Source: Planctomycetota bacterium (GTDB lineage Bacteria > Planctomycetota > B15-G4). From it: DNA of 64,000 nt. The position numbers and the translations under genes are program-made. Shown here in pieces: positions 49,783 to 59,650 of the stretch (position 1 is the first letter of the stretch; every line of letters begins with the position of its first letter). Under the pieces are notes generated by a model, which searched no databases, had not been told where the DNA came from, and saw nothing but the letters and a program-made list of their open reading frames with translations. The DNA lies in the NCBI GenBank assembly GCA_965248575.1, contig CBDFJQ010000002.1:3328001-3392000 (forward strand), written 5' to 3'.

Positions 49783-52233
49783 TCAGCGTGCTTGGTAGCC
49801 GGACATGCCCTGCGCCGTGCGCACCAGGCGCAAGAACTCGGCCCGGTCGCCATGGGGGTCGGCTCCCAGAGCCTCGGCCGCCCAGTCGTAGACCTGTCCC
49901 AGATCCACATCGCCGCGGTGAGCGCTGTGCCGAAGCACCATGCCGAAGGAAGCCACCGAGGCGGCGAAGCGGAAGTCCGTGCTCGCCTCAGCGAAGCCCA
50001 GCTCACCGTCCATGAAGGGCACGGCGAACTCCCGACCCGTGTCCTCGTTGGGCCGCTTGTAGCGCAGGTTCACCGTGAGCATCTCCGGGTTCGCCATGCG
50101 GTCGGCGACAGCGTCGGCGTCCGCTTCGTCCACCAGCGATGCCTGGTACTTCAACTGCACGGCGCCGGGCAGCGGGGCGAGCCCCACCGGCACCACTTCG
50201 TAGAGCGCCGTGACGGTGTGTCCGGCGCCGATCTCTCCGGCATCCTTTTTGTCGTTCCGGAAGTCCTGGGCCGCGAGCTTCCTGTTTTCGTAGCCCAGCA
50301 AGCGGTAGGAGCTGACGTGCGATGGGTTGAACTCCACCTGCAGCTTCACGTCCTTGGCGATGGTCACCAGGGTGCCGCCCATCTCCCGCACGAGCACCTT
50401 GTGGGCCTCGTTGAGGGTGTCGATGTAGGCGTAGTTGCCGTTGCCACGGTCGGCCAGGATCTCCGCCTTGCTGTCCTTCAGGTTGCCCGTGCCGAAGCCC
50501 AGCACGGTGAGGAAGACACCGCTCTTGGCCTTCTCGGTGATGAACGCTTCCAGCTCGCCTTCCTGGGTCAGGCCGACGTTGAAGTCGCCGTCCGTCGCCA
50601 GCAGCACGCGGTTCACCCCGCCTTCCACGAGATGCTCCTGCGCGATGGCATAGGCCTTCTGGATGCCGTCACTGGCGTGGGTGGAACCACCCGCCGTCAG
50701 CCCATTGAGGGAGGCCAGGATCCTGTCCTTGTCCGCACCGGAGGTGGCCGGCAGCACAAGCCGCGAACCGTTGGCGTAGGTGACGATGGCCACCCGGTCC
50801 CGCTCGTCCAGCTGCTCCACCAGCAACTTCAACGAAGCCACCAGCAGCGGCAGTTTGTCGTCATTCTTCATCGAGCCCGAGACGTCCAGCAGGAACACCA
50901 GGTTGCTCGCGGGCCGCTCCTCCTTCTCAAAGCTGGCGCCCTTGAGTCCGATGCGCACGAGCCGATGGCGCGGTGCCCAGGGGGCGCTGGCCGACTCCAC
51001 CGTCACCGAGAAGGGGTGCTCCCCCGTAGGTGCTGGCAAGTCATAGTCGAAGGCGTTGATGAACTCTTCCAAGCGCACGGCGTTCGGCGGCGGCGCCTGC
51101 TTCATGTTCAGGAAGCGCCGCGCGTTGGCATAGGACGCCGTGTCCACATCGATGCCGAAGGTCGACAGGGCCGAGTAGGCATCGTCCGTGAGCGGCTTGA
51201 AAGGGTTCTCATGGATGGGCGCGTAGGACTCGCCAGTCGAAATAGGGCGGTTGCGCTCCGCAGACTCCCCAGAGAGGTAGCCGAGACTGCGGAGTGCACG
51301 ATCATCGCTGGCCAGGGAAGCGGGCATCCTTTGCCTCGCCAGCTGCTCATCCCTGCCGTTGGCCAGAGTCTTGAGGGGCTCTTGCACATCACGCCGCGCG
51401 CCAGGCCCGCCGGAGGTCCCGCCGCCACCGCCACCCAGGTAGCCCAGGGCCGCCAGCTCGTCCTTCTGCCCGTCGGTCAGCTGCTGGGCGGGGGCGAAGC
51501 TGAGACTGCTCAACGGCTCGTCACTTTTCGAACGCTTCTCTCCCCCGGAGGTCCCGCCGCCACCGCCCTCGCTGTATCCCAGGGCGCTGAGTGAGTCGAT
51601 GAGCTCCTGGCTGAGCGCCTCCGTTGGCAGGCCCGCACCTCGGGTGTAACCGAGCTCCCGTAGAACCTGCTGGCCTGGCGCGCTCCGAGAGCGCTCAGAC
51701 TCCTCGATGCCGTAGTTACTGTTGCGTGACCGAAGAGTCTGTGCCGAAGGAGCGTTTGCCGTGGGGTGGCCCGCGTCCGCCGCGCCGCCGATCAGCGGCC
51801 GGCTATCCGTCGCGAACTTCCATGCGAAGCCCACGATCAGAAGGGCTGCGGCCGTAGAGAGCCACATACGCAGAACCGCGCCGCGGCTCCTTCGTGTGGA
51901 CCTCACGGGCTGTGCACCGGCGCTGCCGTTGTCCAGTGCCGCGGTGAGTGTGGCCCGCTGCTCTGGTTGCAGGCGCGGTGCGTCTTCTCCAGCGATCTCC
52001 TCCGCCAGCTCGTGGCTGAGCAGCTCGGAGAAGGCGCGAGTCTCGTCCACAAGGGCCTGGGCGCCGGGCGTCTCTTGCAGGAAGCGCTCTACGGCGCTGA
52101 CGTCGGCGCCAGCCTCCAGCTCACCCAGTGCGTAGGCGGTGAGGCGCGGGTCGTCCGCACTCGTCACCGGCGAGCCGGGTTCGGGTGCCTGGGGCATCTC
52201 GTTGGTCGTCTTGTCGTTGCGTTCGTTTGTCAT
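49783..52233 (-). CDS. Putative anti-sigma factor fused to a YfbK-like vWA domain
   Basis: N-terminal LTAYALGEL anti-sigma-like region, TM helix, repeat linker, STFGIDVDTASY, MIDAS DVSGS, TDGDFNVG, TIAKDVKLQVEFNP, DAGEIGAGH; directly downstream of an ECF sigma gene. Confidence 0.85.
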   Translation of the reverse strand: MTNERNDKTTNEMPQAPEPGSPVTSADDPRLTAYALGELEAGADVSAVERFLQETPGAQALVDETRAFSELLSHELAEEIAGEDAPRLQPEQRATLTAALDNGSAGAQPVRSTRRSRGAVLRMWLSTAAALLIVGFAWKFATDSRPLIGGAADAGHPTANAPSAQTLRSRNSNYGIEESERSRSAPGQQVLRELGYTRGAGLPTEALSQELIDSLSALGYSEGGGGGTSGGEKRSKSDEPLSSLSFAPAQQLTDGQKDELAALGYLGGGGGGTSGGPGARRDVQEPLKTLANGRDEQLARQRMPASLASDDRALRSLGYLSGESAERNRPISTGESYAPIHENPFKPLTDDAYSALSTFGIDVDTASYANARRFLNMKQAPPPNAVRLEEFINAFDYDLPAPTGEHPFSVTVESASAPWAPRHRLVRIGLKGASFEKEERPASNLVFLLDVSGSMKNDDKLPLLVASLKLLVEQLDERDRVAIVTYANGSRLVLPATSGADKDRILASLNGLTAGGSTHASDGIQKAYAIAQEHLVEGGVNRVLLATDGDFNVGLTQEGELEAFITEKAKSGVFLTVLGFGTGNLKDSKAEILADRGNGNYAYIDTLNEAHKVLVREMGGTLVTIAKDVKLQVEFNPSHVSSYRLLGYENRKLAAQDFRNDKKDAGEIGAGHTVTALYEVVPVGLAPLPGAVQLKYQASLVDEADADAVADRMANPEMLTVNLRYKRPNEDTGREFAVPFMDGELGFAEASTDFRFAASVASFGMVLRHSAHRGDVDLGQVYDWAAEALGADPHGDRAEFLRLVRTAQGMSGYQAR
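51410..51567. repeat. Intragenic direct repeat (23 bp exact, 135 bp period)
   Basis: CCGGAGGTCCCGCCGCCACCGCC at 51410-51432 and 51545-51567, encoding GGGGTSG after LxALGY. Confidence 0.85.
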
Positions 52234-52243
52234 GGGTCTGTCC

Positions 52244-52762
52244 TCATGCCTCGGGGGTGAGCGCGCCGAGGCTTGCGCGCAGGGTCTTCATGCCTTCGTG
52301 GATGAGCACGCCCACGTAGCTCACGGAGTGGCTCGTGATGCCACTGATCTCCTTGTAGGAGAGGCCGTTCTGGAACTTCAGCCGGATCACTTCCTGTTGT
52401 CGCGGCGGAAGTCGGTCCAGCAGGGCGAACACCCGGCCCAGCGTCTCGCTCTTCTCCATCGCCGCGGAGGGCGGCGGTTCCTTTGTCGTCAGGGCGGCGA
52501 AGCCCGTTTCATCGGTTGTCTTCATGCGGCCTTCCTTGCGGCACACATCCAGTGCGCGGTTGCGGCAGACCGTGAAGAGCCAAGGCAGCACGTGGTTCTC
52601 GACATCCCCACGTTGCTGTTGGAAGAGGCGCAGGAAGCTGTCCTGCACCACATCCCGGGCCCGGTCGGGGTCGCCCAGAATCCGCGCGGCGTAGCGCAGC
52701 AAGGCGGCTTCATGCTCCACAACTTGGGAGCGGAACCAGAGCCTGTCATCCGAGGTCTTCAT
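52244..52762 (-). CDS. ECF RNA polymerase sigma factor
   Basis: ARDVVQDSFLRL, WLFTVCRNRALD (sigma2); LPPRQQEVIRLKF..GLSYKEIS (sigma4). Confidence 0.93.
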   Translation of the reverse strand: MKTSDDRLWFRSQVVEHEAALLRYAARILGDPDRARDVVQDSFLRLFQQQRGDVENHVLPWLFTVCRNRALDVCRKEGRMKTTDETGFAALTTKEPPPSAAMEKSETLGRVFALLDRLPPRQQEVIRLKFQNGLSYKEISGITSHSVSYVGVLIHEGMKTLRASLGALTPEA

Positions 52763-53061
52763 CGGTCTCCGTTTGGGTCGTCCTGCCGCAAGAGACGGGC
52801 CACGGGCGTGCTTCTTAGTCAGTCACCCGAGAAAGTGGCCTGCGCAGCGATCCTACGGAGGTCGAGGGGCCGATGCGGGCTCTGGCCGCCTATCGGCCCT
52901 TGCCGGGCCGATCCGCCGTGAGGGCGGCCCGGTGGACTGCCCAAGGGGGAGTCAGGGCCCCAGCAATGGGCTGGAACCCCGGTTCAAGTGCCGGGCTGGG
53001 GCTGCCGAAGAGAGCAGACCAGCGCGGATTCGCGCGAGAACCAACGACTGGAACGAAGGCC

Positions 53062-53877
53062 ATGGAAGACGTCTATTTCGAGCGCATCGCCGGTGTGGGT
53101 GAGCGGACTGACGGGTCGCAACCTCGACAGCCTCAGGCCGTTCAGCCCCAAGGCCGCCCCGTGCTCAACATGGCCTTGGACGACGGTGTGCCCGTGGCCA
53201 ACCTGAACGACGAGCCCGCATCCATGTCCATGGCCAGCGGCCCGGCGAACCCCTCCAACGTCGAGTGCGACGAGAACGGCTTCCCCCTCTCCCCACTGCG
53301 CGACCAGGAAGAGCTCTGGTTCATGCAGGCCGCCGCGCTCTACCGGCCCATCGCCAAGGGCGTGAGCCTTGCCCGCAGCAGCGGCATGTTCCTGCTGTTC
53401 AGTGGCTTCCTCGCGCTTCTCTCCGGCGCCCTGTCCACCGACCCCATGGCGCTCGCCGTGGGCGTGGTGCTCGTGGCCCTGGGCTTCGTCGAGCGCAACA
53501 GCGCCGCCAAACTCTCCGAGGCCCAACCTTCCGCTGCCACGAAGCTCGCTCTCAACCAGCTGTTCGTCTTCGCCCTGATCGCCGGCTCGTCCTACATCAC
53601 GGCCTCCGGCCTGGAAGCGGAAACCGCGCAGGCCATGACCATGACCGAAGCCGAGCTGGCGCAGATCCCCCCGGAAGCCCAGGGCTTCGCGCAGAGCCTG
53701 AGCGAGATGGGCCCCAAGCTCATCTACGTGATCTTCGGGGCCATGGTGGCCATCAGCGCCCTGTTCCAGGGAGCCTTGGCGCTGTACTACTTCAGCCGTC
53801 GCAAGAAGGTGAAGACCTTCCTGTCGGAGTTGCCGCCTTGGGTGAGCAACATCGTGACGACGGTCAGCATGCGCTGA
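53062..53877 (+). CDS. Hypothetical membrane protein (about 4 TM)
   Basis: Typical codon usage, disordered N-terminus, hydrophobic helices. Start uncertain. Confidence 0.7.
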   Translation: MEDVYFERIAGVGERTDGSQPRQPQAVQPQGRPVLNMALDDGVPVANLNDEPASMSMASGPANPSNVECDENGFPLSPLRDQEELWFMQAAALYRPIAKGVSLARSSGMFLLFSGFLALLSGALSTDPMALAVGVVLVALGFVERNSAAKLSEAQPSAATKLALNQLFVFALIAGSSYITASGLEAETAQAMTMTEAELAQIPPEAQGFAQSLSEMGPKLIYVIFGAMVAISALFQGALALYYFSRRKKVKTFLSELPPWVSNIVTTVSMR

Positions 53878-54002
53878 TCGCCCCTTGAGCAGGGCCCGCG
53901 CCCTCCCAAGACCCCGCCTCGCTGATTCCGCCGCAGTGCCGCCATGACCCGGCGGCATCCAGCCCCTATGATCTCCCCTCCACTTCGCGGGAGGGCCTCC
54001 TG

Positions 54003-54938
54003 GTGCACGCGGTTCAGATCGACTCTGTCAGCAAGAGCTACGGCGATTTCATCGCCGTTTCGGACCTCTCACTGAGCGTCCCAGCCGGCTCCATCTACGG
54101 CTTCATTGGGCCCAACGGCTCCGGCAAGACCACCACCTTGCGGATGATCCTGAACATCATCCACCCGGACACCGGCAGCATCGAAGTCCTGGGGCAGAAG
54201 GACGCGCGGGCCGCCAACGATCGCGTGGGCTATCTGCCCGAGGAGCGTGGCCTCTACAAGAAGATGAAGGTGCGCCACCTGCTCGCCTACTACGGCGCGC
54301 TCAAGGGCATGTCCCCGCGGGATGCCAAGCAAGGCAGCGAGGAGTGGCTCGAGCGCTTCAACCTGGCCGACGCCGCCGACCGCAAGATCGAAGCCCTTAG
54401 CAAGGGCATGGCACAGAAGGTGCAGTTCATCGCGACGGTGCTGGCGAAACCCGAGATGATCATTCTCGATGAGCCCTTCAGCGGCCTCGACCCGGTGAAC
54501 CTGGAAGCCATCCGGCAGTCGGTGCTGGAGTTGAGCAAGAGCGGGACCACCGTCATCTTCTCGACCCACGACATGAGCATGGCCGAGAAGATGTGCGACT
54601 TCATCTTCATGATCTTCAAGGGCAACAAGGTTCTCGATGGAACCCTGGACAGCATCCAGGAGACCTACGGTTCGGACACAATCCGGCTGCGCATCGAAGC
54701 GGGCCAGGAGCTGCTCGAGCGGCATCCGCTCGTGAACAACGTCATCAACGTGGGCCAGTACCAGGAGGTGCGCGTGAACGGCGACCCCCAGGAACTGCTC
54801 AGCTCCCTGGTGGCCCAAACCCGGGTTTCGCTGTTCGAGATCGCCCGGCCTTCCCTGCAGGACATCTTCGTGCGCATCGCCGGCCCGGAAGCCGAGCGCG
54901 CTACCGAAGAATCCGCCGCCCAAGCCTCGGCCTCCTGA
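54003..54938 (+). CDS. ABC transporter ATP-binding protein (NatA/YhaQ-like)
   Basis: GPNGSGKTT, YLPEERGLY, LSKGMAQK, LDEPFSGLDP motifs. Confidence 0.92.
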   Translation: MHAVQIDSVSKSYGDFIAVSDLSLSVPAGSIYGFIGPNGSGKTTTLRMILNIIHPDTGSIEVLGQKDARAANDRVGYLPEERGLYKKMKVRHLLAYYGALKGMSPRDAKQGSEEWLERFNLADAADRKIEALSKGMAQKVQFIATVLAKPEMIILDEPFSGLDPVNLEAIRQSVLELSKSGTTVIFSTHDMSMAEKMCDFIFMIFKGNKVLDGTLDSIQETYGSDTIRLRIEAGQELLERHPLVNNVINVGQYQEVRVNGDPQELLSSLVAQTRVSLFEIARPSLQDIFVRIAGPEAERATEESAAQASAS

Positions 54939-54951
54939 GAGACGCGCTCCC

Positions 54952-56328
54952 ATGTCCAAGATCCTGACCGTCGCCCGCGCCGAGTACGTCAAGGCCACCC
55001 GCTCGAAGGCCTTCATCGTGGGCATCCTCATGACGCCGTTGATGTTCGGCGGCAGCCTGCTCGTCATGGCCCTCAACGAGAACACCGTAGATGTGGAACA
55101 GCGGCGCTTCGTCGTCGTGGACCGCTCTGAAGCCCTCTACGAGACCTTGGAAGATGCCGCCGAAGAACGGAACAGGATGTTCATCTGGGATGATGAAGAG
55201 CCTGAGACGCAAGTGCGACCCGAGTGGACACCGAGCCTCTACGACGGTGAGCTGGACGGGGCACCCATGGCCGGTGAATCTGGGGAGGCCGAAGGCTCCT
55301 TGGAGCTTGAGCTGTCGAAGCAGGTGAAGGACAAGGAGATCCTGGGCTTCGTGATCATGGGCAAGGACCTCTTCACCTCCGCCAGCGACGACCCGGACGG
55401 CGAACTCGACCGGGAGTTCAGCTGGCACACCGAAACGCCCACCTACAAAGACCTGCCCAACTGGATCGAGCGCAAGGTCAACACCGTCCTCCGGGATGCG
55501 CGCTTCAAGGAAGCCAATCTCGATCAGTCCCTCGTGAACTCACTCACGCGGTCCGAGAACCTGCGCACCCTCGGGCTCACCAAGCAGGACAAGAGCACGG
55601 GCCAGGTCATCGAGGCCGAAGAAGACGAGCCCCTCGCCATCTACGCCGTGCCTGGGGCCCTGGCCCTGATGCTGTTCATGCTGGTGGTCATGAGCGTCCC
55701 GGCACTCATGAACAACGTGCTCGAAGAGAAGATGCAGAAGATCGCGGAGGTGCTGGTCTCCTCCGTCACGCCCTTCGAATTGCTGATGGGCAAGCTGCTC
55801 GCCACGGTGGGCGTCTCACTCACCTTGGGCTTCCTCTACATCGGCACGACCCTGGTCTTCGTGCACAACGTCGACGGGGTTCCACCCCAGGTCCTGGACG
55901 CCATCAGCCCCGGCATCCTGCTCTGGTTCAGCTTCTTCCTGCTGCTGGCCCTGCTCATCTTCGGGTCCATGTTCTCGGCGCTCGGCTCGGCCTGTTCCGA
56001 GCTGCAGGACGCCCAGACCCTGATGATGCCGGCCATGATGTTGATGATGATGCCCATGTTCTTCCTGGGGCCGATCATCGAGAACCCCGGGGGCAGCCTG
56101 GCCAAGATCCTCTCGCTGATCCCGCCCTTCACCCCGATGATCATGTTCCTGCGCATGGCCATCCCCCCAGGTGTCGAGTGGTGGGAGCTGACCCTCGCGG
56201 TGATCTTGACCCTCGCCTTCACGACAGCCTGCGTCACCGGCTCCGCGAAGATCTTCCGCATCGGAATCCTGTCCCAGGGCCAGACGCCGTCCTACAAGAA
56301 CCTCGTGGGCTGGCTCTTCAGCAAGTAG
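54952..56328 (+). CDS. ABC-2 type permease (NatB/YhaP-like)
   Basis: EEKMQKIAEVLVSSV, LLMGK, IPPFTP motifs; large extracytoplasmic loop. Confidence 0.88.
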   Translation: MSKILTVARAEYVKATRSKAFIVGILMTPLMFGGSLLVMALNENTVDVEQRRFVVVDRSEALYETLEDAAEERNRMFIWDDEEPETQVRPEWTPSLYDGELDGAPMAGESGEAEGSLELELSKQVKDKEILGFVIMGKDLFTSASDDPDGELDREFSWHTETPTYKDLPNWIERKVNTVLRDARFKEANLDQSLVNSLTRSENLRTLGLTKQDKSTGQVIEAEEDEPLAIYAVPGALALMLFMLVVMSVPALMNNVLEEKMQKIAEVLVSSVTPFELLMGKLLATVGVSLTLGFLYIGTTLVFVHNVDGVPPQVLDAISPGILLWFSFFLLLALLIFGSMFSALGSACSELQDAQTLMMPAMMLMMMPMFFLGPIIENPGGSLAKILSLIPPFTPMIMFLRMAIPPGVEWWELTLAVILTLAFTTACVTGSAKIFRIGILSQGQTPSYKNLVGWLFSK

Positions 56329-56380
56329 GTCGCCCATCGCTGGGCGCGGCCGGCGCAATCTCGCCGCCGTCCTGGCGCAC

Positions 56381-57397
56381 CTACAACTGCTTCATGGCAT
56401 CCATGAGATGCGGCTGGAAGGCCGCGCGCAAGCTGTCGTTCGGCCAGGCCAGGACGTCGAGCGGCGACTCGGTGTCCAAGGGCGCATCCAGGTCGTCGCC
56501 GTTCGCATCCAGGACCGAGACGCCCGCCTCGCGATAGATGAGCAACGCCGCGAGGTCGTAGGGCTTCGCCGTGAAGTTGGCGAGCCCCCGGGTGCGACGC
56601 AGCCAGGCCCGAAGGTCCGCGAGCATGCGGTAGCGCCCGGTCGTCACCAGGAACAGCTGCCCGGCGCTACATAGGTACTGGTCGTCGTAGACGAAACGCG
56701 GGTCGATACCATGGGCCGGAAGCGCACTCTCGAGAAAGAGCCGCTCAAGCTGAGCCACCAACGGGCGCTCCACGGCGAGGTAGCGCGTGAAGGCGAAGTA
56801 GCCGTTGCTGAGCGGGAGCTGCTGCGGCGCCCTGAGGGGCCCCTCCTCCAGGACCTCGCCCGTGGCCACGTCGTGCCGCGCGATGCGCGCCCCCTGCCCG
56901 CGGATGGCTGTCAGCACGTGATAGACCGCCGCAGTGGTCGTGGGCAATTCCGTCTGCACGGCCAGCTCGATGTCGGAGAGTCGCGTGGCGTCGCCACGAT
57001 CGCGGGCGACGCCGGTGAGCGCCCAGGCTGAACGCATGTCGTGCATGAGCGAGCGCGTTCCATCCACGGGGTCGATGAGCACACGCAGGGCGGGACCCTG
57101 GTCGGCACCCCTTCCCTCGTAGCGGCTGATGCCCGGCCCCTCGCTCACCACCGTCAGCGGCTGACTGCCCGCCACCTCCTGCGCGAAGGCCTCGATGGCC
57201 GCCTCTGCCGGAAGGTCAAGGGCGTAGGACACATCGCCAGCCCCCCACGCGCCGGGCTGGTTCGCCAAGCTCGGGTCGGCAGCCGTTCGCGCACTGTGCA
57301 AGCACTCCGAGACACCGCTGCGAATCGCTTCATGCAGCCGGCGAACACAGCCCATGAGCTGCTCATGATCAATAGCTGGGTCTGGCGAATCGCTCAT
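56381..57397 (-). CDS. Inositol-monophosphatase/FBPase-superfamily protein
   Basis: GDVSYALD, SEG, IDPVDGT metal motif, PYDLAA. Confidence 0.75.
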   Translation of the reverse strand: MSDSPDPAIDHEQLMGCVRRLHEAIRSGVSECLHSARTAADPSLANQPGAWGAGDVSYALDLPAEAAIEAFAQEVAGSQPLTVVSEGPGISRYEGRGADQGPALRVLIDPVDGTRSLMHDMRSAWALTGVARDRGDATRLSDIELAVQTELPTTTAAVYHVLTAIRGQGARIARHDVATGEVLEEGPLRAPQQLPLSNGYFAFTRYLAVERPLVAQLERLFLESALPAHGIDPRFVYDDQYLCSAGQLFLVTTGRYRMLADLRAWLRRTRGLANFTAKPYDLAALLIYREAGVSVLDANGDDLDAPLDTESPLDVLAWPNDSLRAAFQPHLMDAMKQL

Positions 57398-58755
57398 GAG
57401 GTCGTGCCCCCAGGCTGAGGGACCAAGGCAGCAAACAAGACCACCAGAGCAGCGGTTCGCAGCGGGATGCCCAAGGCAAGGTCCGCGCTCTCGTCCAAGC
57501 TACCGAGGGGGAGCGCCAAGACGAGCAGGCAAGCCGAGGCAACCCACGTCGCCAGGGACCGCTCTCGAAACAGGAGGCGTGCGAGGACAGCGCCTGTGGG
57601 CACCGCCAGGAACACGAGGTGGTGTGGCCAGGTGACGCTCGAAATCAGCAGCATCGCCACCACGCCCAAGCCGTACTCCCTGAGACGGGCGAAGACCGGT
57701 TCCCGGCCCAGCGTCGAGGGCGCAGCGCCCTGCCCGTGGCCCGTGCCCGACCGCAACGCGAACCAGAGCTGGACACAGACGAGAGCCGTCACGGCCCACG
57801 CGCCGATCATCGCCATGAGACGCGGCGCATCGGCCTCCAGCATCGCTCGCGAAAGCACGCCATTGGGTGCGAGGTTCCAACTGTGCAGGCTGTTGTTGAA
57901 GCGCCCCGCCTCCAGCTCCGGTGCATAGCCCAGCACCGGCAGCACTCGCGTGAACCAGCTGGCGTGGATCGCCCAACCGCTCCAGGCAACGGAGGCCAAG
58001 CCCATCGCCAGCAGGCTGACCCCCGCCGAGATCACGGCGCGCCGGCGGCCTGCCAGCGCCACCACCACCACGAGCCAGAGCGGCGACACCTTGGCCACGG
58101 CAGCGAGCGCCAGGCAAAAGCCCTCCAGCACGGGCCGCCCAAAGCACGCCGCGTGCAACGCGCCCAGGAGAGCCGCCGTCGCCAGCAGGTTCGTGCTGTT
58201 CATGGCGAGGCTCATCCACAGCCCCTCGCCGAGCCCCATGGCCCCCAGGGCGATGGCGAAGCACGCCAACCAGATGCCGCGCGACGGCTTCCCAGCTCGA
58301 CCCAGATCAGCTCGATCGCGCCACCGCAGAGCACATGCCAGGACAGAGGCGAGCAGCAGCACCGCCAGGGCAGCGAGGGCGAGGTTCAGCTTCAGAGCGA
58401 CGGAATAGGCCGTGGGCAGATCGTGCCTGGCGAGCAGCCCGTAGAGCCGGATGACCAGCGGGTTGGCCGCACAGAAGGGCGTCGCTGGCCGGCCGTCACG
58501 GCGGCCAATGCCGTCGAGCACCTCGGGGTCATGAATGTCCAAGCCCTCCGCCAACCCCCGCCCCGCCGCATGCAGGATCTGGAAGTCAGAGGAGATCTGG
58601 CTGGCCTGCGAGACGAGGGAATCGAGCCAGGGGGTCGTCAGGCCCACGACCAACACACCCAGCACGAGGGTGCAGGCCGTCAGCGAGCGGCTGAGTCCGC
58701 TCGCCGGTTTCCGTCGGTGGTCCGGTGCCGTTTCCGGAGTTGGAGTCGGCGACAC
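57394..58755 (-). CDS. GT-C fold glycosyltransferase, GT87-like
   Basis: SDF after the first TM, multiple TMs, AKVSP, TWPHH motifs. GTG start at 58755 assumed. Confidence 0.7.
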   Translation of the reverse strand: MSPTPTPETAPDHRRKPASGLSRSLTACTLVLGVLVVGLTTPWLDSLVSQASQISSDFQILHAAGRGLAEGLDIHDPEVLDGIGRRDGRPATPFCAANPLVIRLYGLLARHDLPTAYSVALKLNLALAALAVLLLASVLACALRWRDRADLGRAGKPSRGIWLACFAIALGAMGLGEGLWMSLAMNSTNLLATAALLGALHAACFGRPVLEGFCLALAAVAKVSPLWLVVVVALAGRRRAVISAGVSLLAMGLASVAWSGWAIHASWFTRVLPVLGYAPELEAGRFNNSLHSWNLAPNGVLSRAMLEADAPRLMAMIGAWAVTALVCVQLWFALRSGTGHGQGAAPSTLGREPVFARLREYGLGVVAMLLISSVTWPHHLVFLAVPTGAVLARLLFRERSLATWVASACLLVLALPLGSLDESADLALGIPLRTAALVVLFAALVPQPGGTTS

Positions 58756-58763
58756 CTCGGGCC

Positions 58764-59627
58764 TCAGCCCGCGAGCGCGCGAGCCGCGCGGTCGAGCTCG
58801 TCCAGGGAGTCCAGGACCTTGGGCGGCAGGGCGAGCGCGAAGCCCCTCGCCACCAGCTGGCGCACGAGACCTGCGGTGGACACATTCGACTCGGCACCCT
58901 TGGCGAACTGGCAACCGCCAAGCCCGCCGAAGGCCGCATCAAAGTCCCGACACCCGGCATCCAGGGCGGCGTCGACCAGCCTCTCTTGCGTCTCGGGGGT
59001 TACGTGCAGGTGCGCGCCGGGAACCGCCGCCCCCGCTCGACCCTGCGCGAGAGCGGCATAGATCTCGCCCACCCGCTCCGGCGTGGCCTGGGCCGTGGTG
59101 TCCGCCAAGCCCAGACGATCCACACCGGCAGCCTCGAAGCGCCCCACCCAATCCACCAGCTCCGCCAGCTCAAAGGGCTCGCCTTCGTTGTTGCCGAAGG
59201 CCATGGAGATGGTCACGTACATCTTGCGGCCCAGCGTATGCACGCGCTGCGTGAAACGCTCGACGTCCTCGGCCGCCTGCTCCCGGGAGCGGTTCGTGTT
59301 GCGTTGCTGAAAGGTCTCGGACAGTGAGAAGGGATACAGCACTTCGCCGATGCCCTTCGTCTGCAACACCCCTTCCAGGCCTCGTTCGTTTGCGACCAGC
59401 GCCATGAGCACCACACCCCGCGGCACATCCAGCAGCGCCGGCAACTGCGCCGTGTCGGCCATGGCCGGCACACGCTTGGGCGACACGAACGAGCCGATGT
59501 CGATGCTCAGGAAACCCGCGTTGAGCAGCTGCTGCAGGAATCCGACTTTGTCGGCGGTGGCCAGGGTGTGGGGCAAGCCCTGCCAAGCGTCGCGGGCCGT
59601 CTCGGTGATGGTCACGAGCTCAGTCAT
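58764..59627 (-). CDS. Hydroxymethylglutaryl-CoA lyase
   Basis: ETARDAWQG, SFVSPKRVPAMAD, LADT, HLH, GLGGC motifs. Confidence 0.88.
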   Translation of the reverse strand: MTELVTITETARDAWQGLPHTLATADKVGFLQQLLNAGFLSIDIGSFVSPKRVPAMADTAQLPALLDVPRGVVLMALVANERGLEGVLQTKGIGEVLYPFSLSETFQQRNTNRSREQAAEDVERFTQRVHTLGRKMYVTISMAFGNNEGEPFELAELVDWVGRFEAAGVDRLGLADTTAQATPERVGEIYAALAQGRAGAAVPGAHLHVTPETQERLVDAALDAGCRDFDAAFGGLGGCQFAKGAESNVSTAGLVRQLVARGFALALPPKVLDSLDELDRAARALAG

Positions 59628-59650
59628 GGGGCACCCCGCGCGCCGGCCCG

